Positions 19,367 to 28,877 of a stretch of DNA of 64,000 bases are shown here, piece by piece. A model generated the notes under the pieces. It was given only the letters and a program-made list of their open reading frames with translations. It made no database searches and had not been told where the DNA came from. How positions within the stretch are numbered: position 1 is the first letter of the stretch; each line of letters starts with the position of its first letter. A program made the position numbers and the translations under genes. Source of the stretch: an uncultured Ruficoccus sp. (lineage in GTDB: Bacteria > Verrucomicrobiota > Verrucomicrobiia > Opitutales > Cerasicoccaceae); NCBI GenBank assembly GCA_965140785.1, contig OZ223521.1, positions 64,001-128,000 of the forward strand. The letters run 5' to 3'.

Positions 19367-21227
19367 CTATACGTCTCGATGAGGCTTATCCGAGTAGTTA
19401 AGGCATAACGGGGGAAGGGTGGGGGAGCCGACAGCCGATGTCTCCGGTTGCGCGCCAGCGGTATCAGGAGAACTGGATTCCAGAATCGCCCTAACGCGTG
19501 TCCGCGCCCGACGCCCGCCAAGGTGTAATAGCACGCCCACGCACCCGATGAATGTTGCGACCCCCAGCACACAAAGCCGGCCGGTCACGTCGTTGGGCAC
19601 AAGCAGTATCAGCAGAACGAATGCCCCCACGCAGAGAACGGCCTTGGAGAGCACGAAATACTGCTCGTAGTCGATCGTTGAGGAACCCACCTCTTTCTCG
19701 TAATCCACAGGCGTACTCATCATCTTGAAAAAACGGGCCACCTCCTCGCGCTCGGCCGACGAGCTGAAAACATGCAGGAGTCGGCAAACGGCCGTTGTTG
19801 CCAGGCCAAAGACCATGATCCAGAGGGTGCGCTTCTGTATCGTCCAGTCCGTGCCGTTCACCCGCGTATCGATGAACGACCAGATCGAGGGAATCATGCA
19901 GGCTGCGAAAATCGGGAAGTAGGACCACTTCGGCAGCTTTTTCAGCCACAGTCCCATGAGCATCGGAAACCCCATGGGTACACCGATGACCGACCCGATG
20001 ATGAGGTAGGTATCAAACAGGGCGACCGTGCCCTGCCGCGCAATCAAGACAGCATACGTGATGATGACACCGCCCAGGATAACCGTGGCCACATGACAGA
20101 TGCGGATTTCGGTCCTGGGGGAAAGGTCATCGTGGTAACCCAAGGCCCCCCGCATGCGCGGGATGATGTTCCGCACAATGTTTCCGACGACACCGTTCAG
20201 CCCGGAATCCATACTGCTCATAGTGGCGGCGAACATCGCAGCGATCAGCATGCCCAGCATTCCGTTGGGCAAAAGCCGCATCGCGATATAGGCGTACGCG
20301 CTCTCGGCGGGCTTGTTTATGGCGCTGGACATGATCTCACCTTCAAAAAGGAAGCGAGCCACCATGGGTGGAACGAACCAGACGGCGCTGCCCAGCGCCA
20401 TCAGTAAAAAGGCCCACCACGACGCCCGCGAGGCTTCCCGCCCATCGCGCGTGGAAATATAGCGCCCGGTTGAACTCAGGCTGACCTGCCCGTACAACTG
20501 CATAAAAAACACAATCGCCGCCCACTGGTACGTGAACCGATCCCCCTGGAAATCTGCCTGCGTCGTTAAAAAAACGAAAATCCTGGGCAAAGTGCGGATC
20601 ACTGAAATAATTGAAAAATGGTCCCAGCCCGCCGATGGCCCGTAACGACAGCACAAAGACCAGTAGCGTGATGGAAAACATGACCAGCGCCTGGACAAAA
20701 TCCGCGGCCATGACCGCCCACTTACCTCCCGTCGTCGAATAGAAAATAACGATCACGCCGATCGTCACCAACACCGGCAACAACGGCAAGCCCAGCACCG
20801 TGCTGGCAAAGAGCGAAAGCGCGTAGAGCTGGATCGCGGCGCCGACCGGCCCGAGGAAAACCTCGGTGAAAGCGGCGAATTGCTCGACGGGTACCCCGTA
20901 ACGCACCCGGACTACGTCCGCGGTTGTATAGGCCCGGGTCTGCCTCAGCCACCGCCCCAGAAAGAGCCCGCCAACCACGTACCCCAGGCAATTGGCGATG
21001 TAGATTACCAAGAGGCTAGGGCCAGCCTCAAAGGCGGCGGAAGCGTTCCCAGTGAAGGTGAAGGCACTGATACCGCTCATCAGCATACTGGTTCCGACCA
21101 TCCACCAAGTTCCTTGCGCCCCGCCCCGAACAAAATCACTCAGGTTTTTGTTGAACCGTGAAAATACCACCCCGAGCATCAACAGGATGCCCAGATAGAT
21201 CGCCAGCGTTATATACTCAATTTTCAT
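19367..21227 (-). CDS. Sodium:solute symporter family transporter, one frameshift
   Basis: ISAFTFTG; YSTTGGKWAVMAADFVQ; AAMFAATMSSMDSGLN. ORFs 20343..21227 and 19367..20698 join if one C is removed from the run at 20542-20546 (giving FPGDRFTYQW). Confidence 0.88.
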
Positions 21228-21443
21228 CGATACGATCAGATTGAGGAGGGACGGATAGCACGCCCGTTGATTGCATCGGGGAAAAACCGATAAGGACAGC
21301 CCGAGTGGCTGTTTGCGCCCGAGCCGCTAGAGACTCATCCGCCTGGAATGAGCGATTGCGGATGGTTGATTTGGGGTTGGTTGTATTCATCGGAGCACGG
21401 GCGCACTCTTTTTTATCTTGTCACTTTCATCAACACCCCCATG

Positions 21444-21459
21444 GCTAACACATGAGAGT
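21444..21459. promoter_or_regulatory. Putative LacI-type operator GCTAACACATGAGAGT (autoregulatory position)
   Basis: Immediately precedes ATG 21460. Matches the reverse complement of 22612..22627 at 14 of 16 positions. Confidence 0.6.
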
Positions 21460-22479
21460 ATGGACGGAAAAAGAGTCACTCAATCCGATGTAGCCAAGAT
21501 AGCGGGCGTCCATCGTACGACTGTTTCTCTTGCCTTCAAGCGCCACCCCAGCATTCCCGCCGAAACGCGGGAGCGCGTTCTGCGTATCGCGGAGGAACTG
21601 GGTTACAGCCCGGATCCGATGCTGACGGCGCTAGCTTCGTATCGCAACCGTCTGCAGGTCCGCCCCTACCAGGGCACTCTTGCCTGGCTGTTGATCGACA
21701 GCCATACACTTCCCAAAGATTGGCGCCAACTGGTTAACTACATCTATTATCAAGGTGCCGTCAAACAGGCGAAAAAGTATGGCTATAATGTGGAGGTATT
21801 CGAATATTGCACCGAAAAGATGACGGCCAAACGCATGGCAGCGATCTTACGAGCTCGTAACGTCAATGGCATTCTCTTATCGCCCCAACCGCAGCCATAT
21901 ACCGTTCGGGATTTTATCTGGGATGACTTCTCTTTTATCTCTTTTGGCTACACGCTACACTCCCCCAAACTGCATATCGTAACGGCTGCCCAATACCGTT
22001 CGACGGTTCGGCTCATGGACCGCATGTACCAACTGGGCTACCGGCGCATCGCCTTCGCGTTCGACCCTACGCACGACGCGCGTGTTGATCATAATTTTAT
22101 AGCCGGTTATCTGGCTTTTCAACACACCGCCGGCGCACCAAAACTGATTTACCCCTATCGCTGGAAGTTATCAGAACTGGACGGCTTTCGGGAATTTTTG
22201 AAAACCAAGCGACCAGATGCCATCATCACCGGGGATGAGAATTTCGCCAAGTATATCCGCATGCTGGGCTTGCGTGTTCCAGAAGATATTGGAGTCGCCA
22301 GTCCCGTGGTCGATGCTCCTGATACTCACATGACGGGCTTTAACGAAAACTCCCTGCAAATTGGAGCCGTCGCCGTTGACCGCTTGACCGATATGATTAT
22401 GCGCGGGGAAAAGGGCATTCCGCCTGAAACCCAATGCACGCTCGTTGACGGTGTATGGGTTGAAGGCGATACGCTCTAA
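21460..22479 (+). CDS. LacI-family transcriptional regulator
   Basis: HTH VTQSDVAKIAGVHRTTVSLAF; ELGYSPDP; periplasmic-binding-like C-terminal domain (LGLRVPEDIGV). Confidence 0.92.
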   Translation: MDGKRVTQSDVAKIAGVHRTTVSLAFKRHPSIPAETRERVLRIAEELGYSPDPMLTALASYRNRLQVRPYQGTLAWLLIDSHTLPKDWRQLVNYIYYQGAVKQAKKYGYNVEVFEYCTEKMTAKRMAAILRARNVNGILLSPQPQPYTVRDFIWDDFSFISFGYTLHSPKLHIVTAAQYRSTVRLMDRMYQLGYRRIAFAFDPTHDARVDHNFIAGYLAFQHTAGAPKLIYPYRWKLSELDGFREFLKTKRPDAIITGDENFAKYIRMLGLRVPEDIGVASPVVDAPDTHMTGFNENSLQIGAVAVDRLTDMIMRGEKGIPPETQCTLVDGVWVEGDTL

Positions 22480-22611
22480 CCTCTGGATTCCTGCTTCGAG
22501 ATAAAAGAGCCCTTTCGGGTTTCTTCGCCTTCTTTGGTGATCATCGTTTTTTTCGCCATGATGAAGGCTTCCTGCTCGTTTGGGACAGTCGTGCCAAGCG
22601 GCACTCGCATC

Positions 22612-22627
22612 ACTCTCATGTGTGAGT
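22612..22627. promoter_or_regulatory. Putative LacI-type operator ACTCTCATGTGTGAGT upstream of the PEP-CTERM gene
   Basis: 16-bp near-palindrome matching the site at 21444. Confidence 0.6.
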
Positions 22628-22834
22628 CCGGAGGCGCTTTCTTTTTTTTAGAGATTGTTTTTATATACATCCGTCAACGTTTCATGCCCCCGATTCTATC
22701 CTCCGATGGCCCTTAATCTCATAGCGAATGTAGTCCCGCAATCTCGAGATATGAAGAGTCGAGATACAGCAATCCGGGAACCTGTATGAGCACGTCCGTT
22801 TACTCCATATTAGTCACCCTAAATCAAAAAATCC

Positions 22835-23683
22835 ATGAACAACACTATCACTAAAATCTCGTTTCTAGCTTTCTTGGGAATGACCGCATCCATGAGCCAT
22901 GCGGCTATTCTGTTTTCAGAAGACTTCAACGAATACACCGCCGGGGAGCCCATTCCGACGGGGACCGATCAGACTTGGACCATTCGCACCGAGAATACAA
23001 CTTTTGAAGCAATTGATGACACGAGCCATATTTTTTCCCCCTCCGGCAATCAATATGGCCAACTGGACTTTGATGCCGCCTCAGGCGCCGCAGATCCGTT
23101 GGCGTCCACCAACTCGTCGGCCTTCAGCGAAGGTAGCATGACCGGGAAGCTCAGCATTTCATTCTGCACCCCCGAGGCACAGAGTACCTCCGGCTATGGG
23201 TTCCTCCTGCGCATCGGCAACGCCGCCGGTAATTCTGGGACCGCCTTTGCGATGTACATTTTGAAAAACGGCCAATTGCGCCCGAGTACCACCGATGGAG
23301 GCATGGGGTATTCCTTTGCTACCTATTCGCTCGGTGTCGCCAATCAGCTCGAGATTGTCTTCAACAACTCAAATGACTCTGTCAGTTATGAAGGAGGTAC
23401 TGTCGCCTCAAGGACCATGGATGTTTATCTTAACGGATCACTGGTCGCGGACGACATAACGAGCGGAACTGGCGGTCTCGCCCTGGAATCCAATATCACG
23501 AACATCAACTTCAGCGCCAAAACCTATGCGGAGGCATTCACTGGCACTATGTATCTGAACAAAGTCGAGCTTAGCACGATTCCCGAATCCAGCGCCAGTT
23601 CCAATGCGATTGCCATCGCCTTGATCGCCGCACTGAGCCTGTTTATTCGTCACCGTTACCATTCCCGTCGGTCGTCGTTATAG
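22835..23683 (+). CDS. PEP-CTERM-type exosortase-sorted surface protein (IPES variant)
   Basis: Signal peptide (...MSHA|AILFSEDF). C-terminal IPESS + hydrophobic helix + basic tail (RHRYHSRR). Confidence 0.8.
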   Translation: MNNTITKISFLAFLGMTASMSHAAILFSEDFNEYTAGEPIPTGTDQTWTIRTENTTFEAIDDTSHIFSPSGNQYGQLDFDAASGAADPLASTNSSAFSEGSMTGKLSISFCTPEAQSTSGYGFLLRIGNAAGNSGTAFAMYILKNGQLRPSTTDGGMGYSFATYSLGVANQLEIVFNNSNDSVSYEGGTVASRTMDVYLNGSLVADDITSGTGGLALESNITNINFSAKTYAEAFTGTMYLNKVELSTIPESSASSNAIAIALIAALSLFIRHRYHSRRSSL

Positions 23684-23762
23684 GCCACTTGTAGTATTGG
23701 AGATAGTAAGTTTCCATATCATCCGGGAATAGGCCTTTGAGGCTCGGCTTGGACCCCTTAAG

Positions 23763-23975
23763 TTAATCCAGTATTGATGGGTAATCTTCCTTGGATTGTT
23801 TGTGGGTTGCGTTGAGGCCCGGGCAGAGGGGGCCGTAGGACGACCGCAGCCGGGGCTTGGCCTTCCGGGCGCGTTGTCTGTCCGTGAACTTCAATCGCTT
23901 GTTGCTATGCAACTCTTTCAAAACGCGTACCTCTTCTTGGAGAGACTCGATTACCTGCTGCTGTTGGCGGTTCAT
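23763..23975 (-). pseudogene. Remnant of an IS transposase/integrase N-terminus
   Basis: MNRQQQQVIESLQEEVRVLKELHSNKRLKFTDRQR...ARKAK resembles the N-terminus of integrase-core IS transposases common in PVC bacteria. Truncated; no DDE domain. Confidence 0.6.
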
Positions 23976-24114
23976 AGGTCAGCGCTTCGCAGCTTCCTCC
24001 CATCCGTCACCATGCACAATAGAAGCTGAAACTGAGGCTAAGCCACGAAAATGCTGTCCGTCTGTAAGTCTCATTCAATGAACAACTATTCCTAAACAAT
24101 TAACGGGTCACGAA

Positions 24115-24798
24115 TTAGCTATTCGCAGTCCACACGGGCATATTCAAATCAGTATACTTGGCATTCCCGATCGTATGATACATTAAGCGTTCGAGCTTCT
24201 CGATTCCCGGGTGGCAAGACCACTGCTCCAAATAGCGCTCATGCTCGGCATTATCATTAATACCCGGAATAATGGGGCAGCGCAATCGGATGTTCGCGCC
24301 CCTATCGAGTAAGAATTGGAGGTTTGTTTTAATCAGGCTACCGTCTACGCCGGTCCATTTTTTATGGGCTTCCGCCTGGCAAAGTTTGAGATCGAAATGG
24401 AATAAATCAACCAGGGGTAGCAGATCCATCAAGCGTTCAGTCGGGGTATGACCACAAGTATCCAGGCATGTGTGGATGCCTTCGGACTTTGCCCGGCCCA
24501 GAAGCGCCCGGCAGAACGCATACTGGAGGGTGGGTTCACCGCCGGAAAGCGTCACTCCGCCCTGTGACGCCTCATAAAAATGACGATCGGCCAGGACGAG
24601 CTCCATGACCTCATCTACGCTCATATAGCGCCCGTAGCACTTTCCTGAAACACCAACTTGCGGCTTTTTCTCTTGCGATTCGGGATTGTGGCACCAGGCA
24701 CAGCGCAGGGGGCAGCCTTTGAGAAAAACCGTCGTGCGCAAGCCGGGACCGTCGTGCAACGAGGCTCGCTGAATATCAAAAACGATTCCCGATTCCAT
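24115..24798 (-). CDS. Glycyl-radical enzyme activating protein (radical SAM)
   Basis: HDGPGLRTTVFLKGCPLRCAWCHNPE; GGVTLSGGEP; HTCLDTCG. No ferredoxin insert. Confidence 0.93.
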   Translation of the reverse strand: MESGIVFDIQRASLHDGPGLRTTVFLKGCPLRCAWCHNPESQEKKPQVGVSGKCYGRYMSVDEVMELVLADRHFYEASQGGVTLSGGEPTLQYAFCRALLGRAKSEGIHTCLDTCGHTPTERLMDLLPLVDLFHFDLKLCQAEAHKKWTGVDGSLIKTNLQFLLDRGANIRLRCPIIPGINDNAEHERYLEQWSCHPGIEKLERLMYHTIGNAKYTDLNMPVWTANS

Positions 24799-24801
24799 GG
24801 T

Positions 24802-26988
24802 CTAGTGCAGGGTTCTTTCGAGGATTTCGAGTTGCGCCTCCCGGGGAAGCTCGACGAAGCGTATGCTGAACCCCCCGACACGCACCATGAGGTGCCCCCA
24901 GCGCTCAGGTTCCCGCATGGCGGCCTCCAAATCCTCACGTGATACGACGGTGATCATCGCCTGTGCTCCGCCCTGATCGAAGTAAGCCTGCAGGAGGGCG
25001 CTCATTTTGGGAAACATCTCAACGCTAAACCACGCCCGGCTGAACTTCATATTCTGCACCGCCCCGGCATGAATCCCGGGATCTAGCTTCACCAGGGAGT
25101 TAAGAAAGGCGGTTACACCATTCGTATCAGCCCCCGGTGACGGATTGTTGGCATTCGCCATTGGTTGCCCAAAGCGGCGTCCATCCACACTGGCTGACGT
25201 TAACTTGCCCAGCACCGTATTCGCCCAGTTATTGATGATAACCACCAGATAGCTATCCAGCCCGACAGCCTGCGATTGTTCAGCAGTCACCTGGCAGATG
25301 TGCTCGTGTACCCGACACGCCATGGCATCGACCATGGCCTCGTCATTGCCGTACTTACTCACTTTTCGGCACGCGAGATGCACAGGCTCAAAGCCACTGA
25401 AATCGCTGTCGATAGCCTCAATCAAGTCGTGCAACGTGAATTGCTTTTGCCGGAACACCAGTTCGCGGATCACGTGCAGACTGTCCGCGGTATTCGTGTT
25501 TCCGTAGGTTTCCAACGTGCCGCCAAGATACCTGCTTCCACCTCCAAAAGCCCCCTTGTTCCTGTCCACACAGTCAGCGGTCAGCGCGCTGATGAAGGCA
25601 AATGGCGCCTCTTGAGACGCGACGTCGTATTCGATTTTCTGCTGTCGTGCCAATGCCTCGACATAGTACCGAACCACCTTATCGTAAGCGCTCCATAAAT
25701 CGTCAAAACTGCGCATGTGCTCGACCTTGGCAGCAGTCGGCACGACCACTTCCCCGGTAACAGCGTCCACGCCATCGTGCAGGGTAACTTCAAGCGCCTT
25801 CAGGAGATTAATCACCCCGTTCGGCGAGCCCACGCTGAAAGAGCCGAGCACATACTCTCCGCAGCCAAACGGAGTGTAATCAACAGCTACCTGCTCGCTG
25901 ACGCCAAAAGCGCGGGCAACGGCCGGGATATTGACATCGTCATTGTACAGCATGGGAAAGGTGCACCCCTCCCCGATAGCCTGCATGGCTCGTTCCCAGA
26001 GTTCAGGATTCTGCCCACGATAGCAGCGCAGGGATAGTTGCGGCTGGTTTTTGCGCACACGGCGCGTGGCCTCTATTGCCAGTAAAGCAAATCTGTCAGC
26101 TGAGGGCTCCTGCGGACGTCCTTTGCCGCCGACAATGAGACGATTATCGTACTGGTTGTCGTAAGCATTCATCAGATGCCAAAGCGAGCACAGCAGTTCC
26201 AGCGCCTCTGCCTCATCCAGCAGCCCGGACTCCAGATCTGCGACCAGAAAAGGGCCCAGGGCGACATCTAGCCGACCATAGTTCCACGTGCCGGCATGCA
26301 AGGCGTACAGCCAGAACAGTTGTATCGCTTCCCGAAAACACCGGGGCGCCTGATCGCCGATGCCTAAAAGCGTTTGCCTCATGCCCTCGTCCGAACAGTC
26401 GCGCACGTAGCGATCTATCGTTGCCAACATAAGCGGCACGACATGTCTGAACGACGTAGCCTCAAGAGCGTCTGCCAGCCCACCCAGTCCCAACTGAAGC
26501 AGTCTGGAATAGTCGAGAGTCGTACCTGCCATGCGGTAAAGCGGAAAGGCCACGCCACTGTCCTGCTGCCAGGCATCCGACGGCAGGCGTTGAGCTACCC
26601 ACTGGGGATATCCGGACCGTGTTTTTTCGACGGTGGTTCGCCCCCGCCAGAAATTAATCAAATCCCGGCAGGCCCGCGCCTGTGACGGATAAGCATCCGC
26701 GCCCGCCTCCAGGGCATCGAAACAGCAATAATACCCCACACTGACCGGCTCGGGGCTAAAACCAACCAAGGGATAGCGCACACGTCCGGCAAACATATCC
26801 CCTTTCTCCGGGGAGAGGAATTGCCCGGGGAACTGGACAGCCAGCACGGCGGCCTCGCGCTCCTGGCTGTCCGCATCCTCATACGCTTGATAGGCTCCCG
26901 TAAGCGCCTGCGACATTTCGACAGCCTGAGAGAAGCGCTCGGGCGTCGAGAGCCAATAGTCCTGACTTAACTCACTGAGCGTTTTCAT
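24802..26988 (-). CDS. Glycyl radical enzyme (PFL-like family), substrate unknown
   Basis: C-terminal LMVRVGGFS glycyl-radical loop; Cys loop PFGCGEY; KYGND; adjacent activase. Confidence 0.9.
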   Translation of the reverse strand: MKTLSELSQDYWLSTPERFSQAVEMSQALTGAYQAYEDADSQEREAAVLAVQFPGQFLSPEKGDMFAGRVRYPLVGFSPEPVSVGYYCCFDALEAGADAYPSQARACRDLINFWRGRTTVEKTRSGYPQWVAQRLPSDAWQQDSGVAFPLYRMAGTTLDYSRLLQLGLGGLADALEATSFRHVVPLMLATIDRYVRDCSDEGMRQTLLGIGDQAPRCFREAIQLFWLYALHAGTWNYGRLDVALGPFLVADLESGLLDEAEALELLCSLWHLMNAYDNQYDNRLIVGGKGRPQEPSADRFALLAIEATRRVRKNQPQLSLRCYRGQNPELWERAMQAIGEGCTFPMLYNDDVNIPAVARAFGVSEQVAVDYTPFGCGEYVLGSFSVGSPNGVINLLKALEVTLHDGVDAVTGEVVVPTAAKVEHMRSFDDLWSAYDKVVRYYVEALARQQKIEYDVASQEAPFAFISALTADCVDRNKGAFGGGSRYLGGTLETYGNTNTADSLHVIRELVFRQKQFTLHDLIEAIDSDFSGFEPVHLACRKVSKYGNDEAMVDAMACRVHEHICQVTAEQSQAVGLDSYLVVIINNWANTVLGKLTSASVDGRRFGQPMANANNPSPGADTNGVTAFLNSLVKLDPGIHAGAVQNMKFSRAWFSVEMFPKMSALLQAYFDQGGAQAMITVVSREDLEAAMREPERWGHLMVRVGGFSIRFVELPREAQLEILERTLH

Positions 26989-27139
26989 AGATAAGCAAAT
27001 TTGACTTCAAGGGGTCTTTAAATTGAACGTTGAAGGTCCAGGCGTCTGAGAGAGAAGTCGGCCCTGAACCCGATAATCAAAAAAATCCTGGCAGGTATGG
27101 CTGCGAATCAAAGGTACTTCGAATAACGTCAAGCATAGC

Positions 27140-27706
27140 TTAGGTGTTGGTTGTCTCGACGGTCTCGGTTATTTTTCTGTTAACGTAGTGAATGACAGGA
27201 CACTCGGAAAATTCGACTAGTGTATCTGAAACGTTTCCCACCGGAAATCTCGTGTAGTTTTTGATCGCTAGAGCGAGATTCAGGAATTCTCGAATGGTGT
27301 GCCCATGAGTTAAAGCGACTATAGTCTGATCTTGTTCCAGGTTTTGAATTTTGTGTAAGAGCTTCATGCACCGACCACGGAATGAAGCTGTCGATTCGTC
27401 CAACGCCGGATCTTGTACGCTATCAACATCAATATCCTGGTCTGAATCTAGGTTGAGGTGTCCTTCGGATAAAAGAGGTTCGATCTTAATCGGAATATCA
27501 CAGCACGCTTTGAACGGCTGAAGTGTCTGTCTGGATCGCAAAAGAGGGCTACACCAGATTTCATCCAACGTGAGTCTAGATAAATACTGTTTTAGTGCGT
27601 GAGATTGGAGAATGCCTGAGGAGTTGAGTTGCTCGTCGGGAATGCACGATAGTTGTCCTGATTGATTCGCATTCGTTTCTGCGTGTCGAATGAGGTGAAG
27701 TTTCAT
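27140..27706 (-). CDS. Histidine phosphatase family protein
   Basis: LIRHAET; CSPLLRSRQT; LTHG. Visibly AT-richer than its neighbours. Confidence 0.88.
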   Translation of the reverse strand: MKLHLIRHAETNANQSGQLSCIPDEQLNSSGILQSHALKQYLSRLTLDEIWCSPLLRSRQTLQPFKACCDIPIKIEPLLSEGHLNLDSDQDIDVDSVQDPALDESTASFRGRCMKLLHKIQNLEQDQTIVALTHGHTIREFLNLALAIKNYTRFPVGNVSDTLVEFSECPVIHYVNRKITETVETTNT

Positions 27707-27746
27707 TTCTTCTTTTATCGAGCAGTGCTTAGGTCTCTGAGGCGAA

Positions 27747-27986
27747 CTAGACGTTTTTACGAAGTGTTTCTCTGTGATGCCGTGGAGACGCCCCCTCCGG
27801 GTTGATTGTTGCGATCAGTTTCAGCCCGAACGCCGCAACCATGCCGGAGAGACTTGCGGGTGAATTTTTCAGCGCCGGCTGGTAAATCTCGACCGTGTCA
27901 AAGCCGACGGCATACGTCCGCTCAAGAGATACCTCGAGCGAAGCATGCCACATTTCCCACTTGGACTTTGCGAAGAGGAGCTGCAT
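27747..27986 (-). pseudogene. Truncated sugar phosphate isomerase/epimerase (TIM barrel) N-terminus
   Basis: MQLLFAKSKWEM...GFDTVEIY...GLKLIA. TGATG-coupled to the dioxygenase stop; ends after ~79 aa. Confidence 0.6.
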
Positions 27987-28804
27987 CAATGCGCGCGAAA
28001 TCCGAGTTCTTTACGCCGTTTAATAATATGCGAGTAATCCACCGCCGGATCTGCCAAATCCTGGCCGAGTACATTTCGCCCGCGAGCCTGGTAGATCAGT
28101 TGCCTGTCCGCATACTCCGGGTTAAGCCGGACGGTGGCAGGAATAAACCGGAGGGTCCATCCGCAGCGGCGGATGTCGGAGGTATTGGCAGCGCTGCCGT
28201 GCTGCGTGCGCGCGTCATGCAGGGAGCAATAATTCGGCTGGAGTTCACATGGCACAGCGAGCTCGTCCTTGCGCTGCGAGGGGATTATTTCGGTGGGAAA
28301 GACTGCCTTTGACGTGTCCACATCCTCGTAGTCGGAAAATCCCATTCGTCCGGTATTGTGCGAGCGGGGGATGACATACATACACCCGTTCACCTGAGTC
28401 GAAGGGTCGATCGCCAGCCACACGGTGGCTACCTCCATCGGCTCAAGGAGACGCCGCCAGTAGGCGCTGTCCTCGTGCCACGGGACACGTCGCCCGTCGC
28501 CCTTGGGCTTGCAGATAAAGTGGGTCGAAAAAAGCAGAATGTCCGGGCCCAGTAAAGGCTCAACCAGATCTACGACCTCTGGAGCCAACGCCCATTCGTT
28601 CAACTTGGGATCGCCGAAATGAGGCGTGTCCATCGCTTCGGGGCGCTCATCCGAGGGCCAGGCAGCAAGTTTTTTTTCGAAGTGATCGACCAGTGACGCA
28701 AACTTCTCGTCTGAGAAAACTTTGCACTGGGGAAGGGTATAACCTTCCTGTTTGAACTGCTGAACTTCTTCCGGGGTCAGTCGTGATCGATGCGTCGTTT
28801 CCAT
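27986..28804 (-). CDS. Phytanoyl-CoA dioxygenase (PhyH) family Fe(II)/2-oxoglutarate dioxygenase
   Basis: PWHEDSAYW (H-x-D); TVWLAID...NGCMYVIPRSH; HGSAANTSDIRR. Confidence 0.9.
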   Translation of the reverse strand: METTHRSRLTPEEVQQFKQEGYTLPQCKVFSDEKFASLVDHFEKKLAAWPSDERPEAMDTPHFGDPKLNEWALAPEVVDLVEPLLGPDILLFSTHFICKPKGDGRRVPWHEDSAYWRRLLEPMEVATVWLAIDPSTQVNGCMYVIPRSHNTGRMGFSDYEDVDTSKAVFPTEIIPSQRKDELAVPCELQPNYCSLHDARTQHGSAANTSDIRRCGWTLRFIPATVRLNPEYADRQLIYQARGRNVLGQDLADPAVDYSHIIKRRKELGFRAH

Positions 28805-28877
28805 GCTTCATAGTGTAACATAAATGGGGCTTGAAATCGTCATCCAAAAAAGCAAAATAATGCTCTATTGTGATCCC

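Noticed and set aside
24802..26988. Calling the GRE pyruvate formate-lyase (pflB)
   Set aside because: Lacks the adjacent Cys-Cys pair of PFL.
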